From contig CAXXLZ010000001.1 in the NCBI GenBank assembly GCA_963675595.2, positions 160,001 through 224,000 of the forward strand: 64,000 nucleotides of DNA. The letters run 5' to 3'. The stretch is from Thermodesulfobacteriota bacterium (GTDB lineage Bacteria > Desulfobacterota > Desulfarculia > JACQYL01). A program made the translations under genes and the position numbers. Position 1 is the first letter of the stretch. Each line of letters starts with the position of its first letter. The notes under the pieces are model-generated. The model did not search any database and was not told the origin of the DNA. It was given only the letters and a program-made list of their open reading frames with translations. Below are positions 41,648 through 49,013 of this stretch, one piece after another.

Positions 41648-41868
41648 GAGAGTTCCACCTCTACGAACCGGGCTTCGTTGTGCCTCAGAGTCACGAAGTA
41701 TCCCTCCAACTCCACTTCCATGGGGTCTTCAAGAGGGGCGTTCCGAATGACTTTGAGTTTCAATCCCGGATATACGCCCATATCCAGAAGCCGTTGGCAT
41801 AACCTGTCGCGGACCGCCAGCCTCTTGATGAGGCATTCCGTGCCCGGTCCCATTTGATCCAGCGTCAT
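41644..41868 (-). CDS. feoA: Ferrous iron transport protein A
   Basis: RLLDMGVYPG...NAPLEDP...LRHNEA; overlaps the feoB start. True start is the ATG at 41868. Confidence 0.93.
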   Translation of the reverse strand: MTLDQMGPGTECLIKRLAVRDRLCQRLLDMGVYPGLKLKVIRNAPLEDPMEVELEGYFVTLRHNEARFVEVELS

Positions 41869-41894
41869 GGCTCGATTTCCTTTCCCTGTCGGAG

Positions 41895-41985
41895 AAAAAC
41901 AAAAGGCGTAACCGGGCGCGCACGACGCGCCTGAGATTACGCCTTCACTTCCTTCGCACCGATGGACGGTCGAAGGCCGTAAGAG
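41895..41985 (-). ncRNA. Conserved leader RNA/attenuator, copy B (upstream of feoA)
   Basis: CUCUUACGG-CCUUCG..CGAAGG-AAGUGAAGGCGUAA-stem-UUACGCCUUUUGUUUUU, between the promoter and the feoA RBS. Confidence 0.75.
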
Positions 41986-41998
41986 CAATCTTGCTTGC

Positions 41999-42057
41999 TT
42001 AGATACTTCTATCTGGTAGAGACGCCCCTAATTTACAGACCGGCTTCTTCTTGTCAA
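41999..42057 (-). promoter_or_regulatory. feoA sigma70 promoter overlapped by tandem DtxR-type boxes
   Basis: TTGACA(42057-42052)-16 bp-TAAATT(42035-42030). Boxes TTAG-ATACTT-CTAT (41999) and AGAG-ACGCCC-CTAA (42018). Confidence 0.65.
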
Positions 42058-42369
42058 GATATTTCTGAATGACCCTGAACGTGACTCAACGTTCTTCGCT
42101 GTCCTCCCCACTTTCCGCTTTCAGACGAGAGGCCGACACACGACGGAAGAGATTCCGAGCCGATCCGTCGCCGATCATCGTTCGTCCGATGCAGCTTTCC
42201 AGGCAAAGCCGCCTCAGACACTGTTTGGACCTTATATCGAGACAGCGGAAATCCGCCGCGCATACGCGACCTTCCAAAAGGAGCCGAACCACCGTTTCTT
42301 CGGCGATTTCAACGCGGACGCTCTTTCCGGACGCGGCGTGCATGAAGGACTCAACAGAGCGGATAGGGC

Positions 42370-42735
42370 TCAATTCCGCCGCTTTTTGTCCGAGCAAGGG
42401 CAATTCACACAATTCCCATTGCACCGGCACGGCTCTTTCGGGGGCACGATGACCTTGCTGCCTCTGAGTGCGATTTCGTACCCTTTTTCGCCTTTGAAGA
42501 AGAGCCGATCCGCCGGCAGTCTGTTTTTGTCCAGGTTCCGCCGAAAGGTGCTGCATCCGAAGGGGTCCATTTCTCGAAGGCTGTGGGTGTCTGTAAAGAC
42601 TCGCCCCGTCCCGTCATATTGTTCATGAAGCAGGTTGATCAACTCGCATGCCGAGGTTCCGTCGAAGTCTCCTCTTGTGCTTACGTGCAGGTTCCCGTTG
42701 CTCTTTTTAAATGCGACTCTGAAGTTGGCGCTCAT
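42370..42735 (-). CDS. STAS/anti-sigma-antagonist-like small protein with a C-terminal Cys cluster
   Basis: LHVSTRGDFDGTSACELI...FTDTHSLREMDPFG is STAS-like; tail CRCNGNCVNCPC. Confidence 0.7.
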   Translation of the reverse strand: MSANFRVAFKKSNGNLHVSTRGDFDGTSACELINLLHEQYDGTGRVFTDTHSLREMDPFGCSTFRRNLDKNRLPADRLFFKGEKGYEIALRGSKVIVPPKEPCRCNGNCVNCPCSDKKRRN

Positions 42736-42785
42736 CCTTTTCCTCCGAAACGTCTTTCCGTGATGGATCAGTGGAGACTATCGGC

Positions 42786-44024
42786 CTATGTATTCATATC
42801 CGAAATGGCCTTGGAAACAGCCGTAAGGCTCGAGTTGGCCAGCATATGAACCGGCTTTCGATGCTTCTTTCCAAGATTCTTCACTACGGAGCAGGCCGCG
42901 TGACTGTTACAGTTGATTGGACAGAGGACAATATCGGCTCGTTTCAGACGAACCTCCAGACTCTTGGAGCCGCTTCTCATGTAACCATCGTGATAGTCGA
43001 ACACGCCCCCGTTGTTTTCGATAATATCTCGATAACGGGATTCCATCTTGGTGATTCCTCCTACGATCAAGATTCGCTTCTTGCAGAGATCGAAAGAAGG
43101 GCAACTCTCATCACAACGTTTCATATTTGCAAGTTGCACCATCTTATCCCGATTCTCCCCCACCAGACGGAGGTTCGCTTGGCTCAGACGTTCAACTTCG
43201 GAGGCGAACGCCTCGTTCTTGCTCATGAGCGAATCGATCCGGAGTTGTTGCTTTCGGCAGGTTTCCTCCCACATGGCGACTTCTTCCCTAAGCCTCGCAT
43301 TCTCCCCCTCGATTCGCGAGAGTTCCCTTCGATCGGCTCTCCCGGCGATTTGTTCCTCCTGTCGAACCAGGTTCTTTTCAGCGGAACCCAGACTAGCGGC
43401 CAATTCTTTCCTATCCTTCTCCAGGTGCGCGTTTTCCTTCTGCAAAGCGCGTCTAAGCTTTGCCGCGTCTTTGAGCTCAGTTCTCATGTCTTCCAGGCGT
43501 CGGGCCCGCCTTTCCATTTCTCGGCGAAGTTTCATAACCTGGGTGCCGCTCCAATGCATGGTCATATGTATTTCTCCAAAGATTTCCTTCTTTGCTTCTT
43601 TGGACAACCTAGGGTGAATCGCAGCGGCATAGAGAATCCCCAAGTAATCTCCGGAGGCGAAAGCGGACTTCCATCGCAAAATGAAGTCCTCTTGAGAAAG
43701 TTGGAGCAGTGAGAACGCTTCTTTCCCGAAGTTGCGACTCAGGAAATTTTCCACCTTCCTCGAAAGTCGATTTTCGTCTTCCAAACTTGCGACAATCAGC
43801 TCATGGATTTCGAAAGGAGTCTTGTCTTTGAAAGAATAGCCCGCTCGTTTGAGAAACTGTTTTTGGTCCGCTAAAGGCAGGCACATGCCTACTACGGGGC
43901 ATTTGTAACAGTGTTCGATCTCCCACAGTTTCAGCGGTGTAATTCGGTTTGGTACACGATTTAGATAGGCAAGATCGCCCAATTGATCGTAGGCCTGAAC
44001 AGAAGTTTCATAATCGGTCGTCAT
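42786..44024 (-). CDS. DUF2325 domain protein (N-terminal Cys motif, coiled coil, C-terminal DUF2325)
   Basis: LWEI..CYKCPVVGMC, a long coiled coil, ILIVGG...HDG...ADIVLCPINCNSHAAC. RBS AAAGGA precedes ATG 44024. Confidence 0.82.
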   Translation of the reverse strand: MTTDYETSVQAYDQLGDLAYLNRVPNRITPLKLWEIEHCYKCPVVGMCLPLADQKQFLKRAGYSFKDKTPFEIHELIVASLEDENRLSRKVENFLSRNFGKEAFSLLQLSQEDFILRWKSAFASGDYLGILYAAAIHPRLSKEAKKEIFGEIHMTMHWSGTQVMKLRREMERRARRLEDMRTELKDAAKLRRALQKENAHLEKDRKELAASLGSAEKNLVRQEEQIAGRADRRELSRIEGENARLREEVAMWEETCRKQQLRIDSLMSKNEAFASEVERLSQANLRLVGENRDKMVQLANMKRCDESCPSFDLCKKRILIVGGITKMESRYRDIIENNGGVFDYHDGYMRSGSKSLEVRLKRADIVLCPINCNSHAACSVVKNLGKKHRKPVHMLANSSLTAVSKAISDMNT

Positions 44025-44071
44025 TGATCCGTTCCTTTCCATGTACATAATTATTCAAATCGCCGTTTTAC

Positions 44072-44156
44072 AAAAAAAGGCGTATCTCGATCGTCGATCC
44101 ATCGAGTTACGCCTTCACTGCTTCCTCACTCATCAAGAGAGTGGGAGCCGTAAGAC
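44072..44156 (-). ncRNA. Conserved leader RNA/attenuator, copy C (upstream of DUF2325)
   Basis: GUCUUACGG-CUCCCACUC..GAGUGAGGAAG-CAGUGAAGGCGUA-stem-UACGCCUUUUUUU. Confidence 0.75.
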
Positions 44157-44170
44157 ATCCCGGGACTACA

Positions 44171-44464
44171 TCAATCTGCGTCGATCAGCGTTTGTGTAAG
44201 CTTCTTGCGCAATGCCTCAAGCGTCTTTGACTTGAAGGCCTTTCTGCTTTCCTCCAAGATTTCTATGGCTTCCTTAATTGCGATTTCCAGTTTGACTTCT
44301 CTGGACCGCTTGGGACAGAGACTCAAGAGCGCCAACAGGTCGTTTTCATCCACCCGATTCTCCAAAATGGAGGACATGAGGCGACAATGCATTTCCATGT
44401 TCTCCTGCAACTCTTGGAGATTGGAGTTGAGAGCGTCGAGAATGTCCGTTTTTTCCAAGCCCAT
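44171..44464 (-). CDS. Small helical hypothetical protein, first gene of the iron operon
   Basis: Coiled-coil-like sequence with a basic C-terminus (IKEAIEILEESRKAFKSKTLEALRKKL). ATG 44464 is preferred because the upstream ATG (44497) lies within the operator. Confidence 0.75.
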   Translation of the reverse strand: MGLEKTDILDALNSNLQELQENMEMHCRLMSSILENRVDENDLLALLSLCPKRSREVKLEIAIKEAIEILEESRKAFKSKTLEALRKKLTQTLIDAD

Positions 44465-44468
44465 AATT

Positions 44469-44501
44469 CTAGTCGGTCCTTTTGGTGTTTGAGTCATCTA
44501 A
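44469..44501. promoter_or_regulatory. Tandem putative DtxR-type boxes
   Basis: CTAG-TCGGTC-CTTT (44469) and TTTG-AGTCAT-CTAA (44488), 19 bp apart. Confidence 0.55.
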
Positions 44502-44840
44502 CTTAAATCTCAAAAAAAATGAGGCTCTTCAAATTACTCAGGAGGCCGCCCAAACGTCGTTGCACCGGGGAAGACGACTCCGGGCGCCGGCGAAGGTCGT
44601 GAGTTCGCCGTGGGGTCTGCCTTCAGGCATCGGGCGTCACCTCGCTTCGCTCGCCGTGCATCGGCTTTTCGTCGATGAATCGCCGGGAAAGGATCCCCTT
44701 TGTTGGTTCGCATTTTCCGAATCCCCGAAACCCGCGCCGACTCATTCGAGCGGGGCTCGGCAACGAAATAGTGTGGGCGCCCGAAGTTCCCGTATGAAGG
44801 CGGGAAGCCCTCCTCCACCGAGGACCGATCCTGGCGATGG

Positions 44841-45386
44841 TCAGTCGGCCTTGATGGAATCCACCCGCTGCTTGAACTCACTTGAAAATTCCTCGGTACG
44901 TTCCATACACTTGTCGGCTCTGCGGCCGTGTCGGCGAAACTCTTCGAAATACTGGAGCCAGCTTTTCCCGGCCCGTGGACAGGTTCGGATGAACTCGACG
45001 AAATCCGTCAAACTGTCCAAAGTTTCCGGACTCAGAGTGTGCTCCATCTTACAGGCCTCGGCATCCGCCGTCTCGAAATCGATTTTCAATATCTCGGTGA
45101 GAAACTCACGAAGTATCTCATGCCTTCGCCGCATTTCCCTTCCCACATCGGCTCCGTCCCGTGTCAGTTCCACGTACTCGTATTTTTCATAATGGACCAA
45201 GCCTCGGTCGCTCAGGGTCTTGAGCATGCTGGTGACCGTGGGCATTTTGACATCCATCCGTTTGGCGATGTCCTTAACCCGAACGACTCTCTTTTCCTCA
45301 TCAAGTTCGAAAATCGCTTCCAGATAATCTTCCATGACGGAGGTCAACGGCTTTGCCGCCAGATGATTTGTCTCTTGTGCTACCAT
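44841..45386 (-). CDS. DtxR/MntR-family metal-dependent transcriptional repressor
   Basis: MEDYLEAI, HTH RVKDIAKRMDVKMPTVTSML, RRHEIL, EACKMEH; C-terminal Cys extension. Confidence 0.93.
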   Translation of the reverse strand: MVAQETNHLAAKPLTSVMEDYLEAIFELDEEKRVVRVKDIAKRMDVKMPTVTSMLKTLSDRGLVHYEKYEYVELTRDGADVGREMRRRHEILREFLTEILKIDFETADAEACKMEHTLSPETLDSLTDFVEFIRTCPRAGKSWLQYFEEFRRHGRRADKCMERTEEFSSEFKQRVDSIKAD

Positions 45387-45402
45387 GATGCCGTCCTCAA
45401 TG

Positions 45403-45461
45403 TTAGTATTATAAAACTTACATTGAAGGTACTAATAAACGATTCGGCCCGCGGTTGTCAA
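45403..45461 (-). promoter_or_regulatory. Promoter and tandem autoregulatory boxes of the DtxR-like gene
   Basis: TTGACA (45461-45456) with TTATTA/TATTAG 17-18 bp away. Boxes TTAG-TATTAT-AAAA (45403) and ATTG-AAGGTA-CTAA (45422). Confidence 0.6.
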
Positions 45462-45776
45462 CTTTTTTTACCGTATTTGTAAGCGCGTGAGCTGAAGCAA
45501 CGCGAAGCTCGGGGGAGACGCGGTTCGAACAGGCCGATTCATGCTCGGCCGTGAATGCCCGTCGGATGGGGCGGGAGCCGCAAAAACGGAAGAGTGGCGG
45601 GGTGGGAATATGGGGCAAGGGATCGGCTGTCTTGGTCCAATCCTCTTTCGGCGAACGGAGCTCTCCGCTATGATGAAACGGCTGGAGGGCCGGTTACCAG
45701 GCCGTTGAAAAACGTGATCCGCAGCGTTGCACTCGATCCCTCGTCCCTGCGACGTACTTTTGGGTACGCTTCGCTC

Positions 45777-47074
45777 TGGAATGCCCCCCGATAATTGGTC
45801 CATGTATAATGAGAGTCTGAATGCCCAAAGAACGGAAGGAGACTTTTTGCATGGCCAAGAGAAAGAGACACAGCGCGGAGCAAATCATCCGGAAACTTGA
45901 AGACGCGGACCGTCGTCTGACGGCAGGGCAGACGATAGCGCAGGTTTGCCAATCGCTGGAGGTGAGCGAGGCGACGTACCACCGGTGGCGAAACCAGTAT
46001 GGGGGGATGAAGGCTGAGGAGGCCAAACGGCTAAAAGAACTGGAAAAGGAAAATGCACGCTTAAAAAAGCTGGTCGCCGATCTGATGTTGGACAAGGCAA
46101 TGCTGAAGGATCTTGCGGAGGGAAACTTCTAAGCCCGGCGCGTCGTAGGAAAGCGGTTGATTATGTTCGAAGTGAACATGCCGCTTCAGAGCGTCGGGCC
46201 TGCCGCGTAGCCGGTCAACACCGATCCACCCAACGTTATGAGCCGAAGGAACGGGACGATGAGGTGGAACTGATCAAGGCTCTTCACCGGTTGGTTGGAG
46301 AACATCCCCGTTTTGGATGCCGTAGGATCACTCGGCTGCTGCGTGATGCGGGGTGGGCGGTAAACTACAAGCGAATTCATAGACTTTGGAAAGAGGAAGG
46401 ATTCAAGGTACCTCGAAAAGCCAAGAAGAAACGCTTCCTGGGAGTTGATGCCAATGCGTGCAACAAGCGTAAGGCGGCTTTTGCAAATGATGTCTGGACG
46501 TTGGATTTCATTCATGACCGCTTGGTCGACGGCCGTCAGTTCAAGTGCTTGGCCATTGTCGACGAGTTTACTCGGGAAAACCTGGCCCTGAGGATCAACC
46601 GCTCCATTACGGGTGAAGACGTTTTGAACGAGCTGAGCCGATTGATGGGCGAGCGGGGAGTTCCAACGGGCATTCGATCGGATAACGGTCCCGAATTTAT
46701 AGCCCAAAAGGTGAGAAATTGGCTGAAAGACCTGGGAGTGGGAACCTTTTTCGTCGAGCCGGGAGCCCCTTGGCAGAACGGGTACGTGGAAAGTTTCAAC
46801 AGCCGTTTTCGGGATGAATTCTTGAACATGGAAATTTTCAACAACATCAAGGAAGCGCAGACTCTGGCCGCCAAATGGCGGAAAGTCTATAACGAGGAAA
46901 GACCGCACAGTGCATTGAATTACATGACCCCGGCCCAGTTCGCGGCGAGCCCTTGGGGCCTCGACTCCGCCTCGCTCAGCTCGGCTTCGCCGTGGCCCCA
47001 AGGGCCGGGGATGGAAAACCGCGAGTCATGATAAAACTCTCATAACTCCTGGACCAAAAACTGGGGGCTTGACA
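45777..47074 (+). mobile_element. IS3-family insertion sequence, apparently complete
   Basis: TG...CA ends with imperfect TIRs (TGGAATGCCCCCCGATAATTGGTCCA / TGTCAAGCCCCCAGTTTTTGGTCCA). 4-bp target duplication GCTC at 45773-45776 and 47075-47078. Confidence 0.93.
45851..47031 (+). CDS. IS3 transposase OrfA/OrfB joined by a -1 programmed frameshift
   Basis: OrfA HTH 45851-46132 ending EGNF; slippery G-GGA-AAC at 46120-46126; OrfB DDE motifs WTLDF, SDNGPEF, QNGYVESFN. Confidence 0.92.
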
Positions 47075-47169
47075 GCTCCTCGGGATTTGCGCGCCTTGCA
47101 TCTCATTGTTTTTCGCCGGCCTGCAATAATCCGACTCTTTCTATGGGCTGTTATGGTGGAGGTGTTCCA

Positions 47170-48261
47170 TTATTCGAAGGACCGTGACCAGCTCGGGTCT
47201 GGACCGAGAAGCTCGGCCAGGGCGTTGGAGCCGAGACTTACCAGTGCCCGGTATTCCCGCTCGTTTTCAAGTCTTTTCGTCTTCACCAACGATACGAAGT
47301 ATTCCGGTTCTTCAAGATGCCGCATAAAGAACCTGTTGTAGAGAACGTGCAGCCACGGCATGCCATGCCAGTTGATTTGCAGGTTCGGTTCGCCTGCGAA
47401 GTGTTTGAAATCGTCCTCCCTCCAGTCGAATCGCAGCACCGACGCCGAACCCGTTTTGGTTTCCTTGTTGTACCGGACGACGATGCCGCTCAGGCCGGTG
47501 TAGGTTTGCTCGGAGGTCCTCCAAGGACGGTACCACGGATATTGCATGGTAACGTAGTTTCCTTTGCCCGGTGTCACGTTGAGGGCGTTGATGATGAAAT
47601 CGTCCTGGCAGTACCCGGGCAAGCCCACATAGGTGTAGCTCTCTCCCTCACTCAACGGCAGGTGTTTTCGAATGTACTCCACCGTGAAGTGCCCGCTCGC
47701 CACTCCGACACAATAATGGTCGTGGAAGGCGGCCGCATGCAGTATCTCGTCCGGAGCGCCGTCCGCCCATGCGTTGAGCAGAGTAACGACGGCGAAAGCG
47801 CGTTCGCCGAAGACTTGTTTGAAGAGATCGAAGGATCGGTGTTTTTCCGTGTGGATGTTGATGGGCTCGCTTGCCTCGACATCGGCTCCGTTGATTCGTA
47901 TGTCGGTCGCCAGGAGCTCGTCCTTGGAACGTTTGTGAGCGAAAACAAACCACAACGGCGCGTCGACGCTGCTGTGGACCGAAATGAGATTCGACTTGCC
48001 GGTTGTCGTGCCGGCCGTGGACGCCAGGACGTCGAAAAGAGGCCTCGTGGACACTTCGCCCAGGCGTGTCCACCCGGCATTGGTCAGGCAGGCGACCTCC
48101 GACGTCGGGGCGTCCAGCCCCAATCGCACAAAGGCCGCTCGAACCGCTTCCTTCCCGATCCCTTGAAGATCGGGGACGCCCTCAGGTGAAGCGGCCGAGA
48201 CGGATATTGCGGTAAAGAGCAGAAGGACGGCCGTCAGGCCGATGAGGATTCGGTTTTTCAT
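47170..48261 (-). CDS. Exported FmdE-family protein
   Basis: Signal peptide; AAFHDHYCVGVASG; CQDD; TPGK. Confidence 0.78.
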   Translation of the reverse strand: MKNRILIGLTAVLLLFTAISVSAASPEGVPDLQGIGKEAVRAAFVRLGLDAPTSEVACLTNAGWTRLGEVSTRPLFDVLASTAGTTTGKSNLISVHSSVDAPLWFVFAHKRSKDELLATDIRINGADVEASEPINIHTEKHRSFDLFKQVFGERAFAVVTLLNAWADGAPDEILHAAAFHDHYCVGVASGHFTVEYIRKHLPLSEGESYTYVGLPGYCQDDFIINALNVTPGKGNYVTMQYPWYRPWRTSEQTYTGLSGIVVRYNKETKTGSASVLRFDWREDDFKHFAGEPNLQINWHGMPWLHVLYNRFFMRHLEEPEYFVSLVKTKRLENEREYRALVSLGSNALAELLGPDPSWSRSFE

Positions 48262-48351
48262 AGAATCTTTCCCTCATGATGAACTTGCTTTCGTGGTTCG
48301 ACCCATGATGCGCGTTCGGAACACGAAGTGGATTTCGGCTTCCCTCGCAAT

Positions 48352-48963
48352 TCATTCTTCCGAATACAGTTCCGCCAATGGATCGCGTCCATCGGGGAAC
48401 ATCGCACCGTACGGTTCGAAGCGGCCCGTGTCCCTGACGGTGACGAATCGCATGCCGTTCTTGTTGAGAAGCACCATGAGCGGGTCGGCCGTTGCGGGGT
48501 CCAGGCCTTGATTCGCATCCGTTCCGTGCTCGTCCATTTCAAAGTGTTTCACGCGTCCGATGAGAAGAACGTATTCCTTTTCCACATACTGTCGATGAAG
48601 GCTGCATTCGAGCCATGCGAGGCAGCCTTGTATACCCGGGGGACTCACCGTTTTCGAAGGTCTGGGAATAAGGCCCGCTTCCAAGAACTCATCGACGTCC
48701 GGCGGATAGTGACGTGCCGTAGTCATGACCGCTTCCGCCATGTTCACGGGGGGAACGTTCAAGACGAACTCGCCCGTCTCGCGAATGTTCTTCAACGTGT
48801 CCCGCTTATGCCAAGAGGCTGCGCAGACCAGATCGGTGGACCGCAGAAGCGGTGTGATGTTGGAATAAGGGGCGACGTTTCGAATCCCTTTTCGATCGAT
48901 CGTGCTGATGAGCCCGACAATTTGCGGGAAAGCGAATTCTCGTTTGATCGGTTTCAGTTGCAT
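48352..48963 (-). CDS. Flavin reductase-like (DIM6/NTAB) protein
   Basis: NVAPYS, DTLKNIRETGEFVLN, AWLEC. Confidence 0.87.
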   Translation of the reverse strand: MQLKPIKREFAFPQIVGLISTIDRKGIRNVAPYSNITPLLRSTDLVCAASWHKRDTLKNIRETGEFVLNVPPVNMAEAVMTTARHYPPDVDEFLEAGLIPRPSKTVSPPGIQGCLAWLECSLHRQYVEKEYVLLIGRVKHFEMDEHGTDANQGLDPATADPLMVLLNKNGMRFVTVRDTGRFEPYGAMFPDGRDPLAELYSEE

Positions 48964-49013
48964 GGTTGGCTCCCGGAGAAAGGGGTTTGTCCGATTCCGT
49001 GGTTTGTCCGGAA

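Larger units (their letters stand above)
45698..47150. repeat. ~120-bp dispersed MITE-like repeat, copy 1 (split by the IS3)
   Basis: CAGGCCGTTGAAAAA...CTCGTC.CTGCG.CGTAC...GCGCGCCTTGCATCTCAT...GCCTG; the halves at 45698-45776 and 47075-47150 match the intact copies at 51933 and 52255. Confidence 0.8.

Noticed and set aside
44115-44121. CAGUGA in attenuator C resembling the eukaryotic iron-responsive element loop
   Set aside because: It is not in a terminal loop, and the other copies read AAGUGA; probably coincidental.
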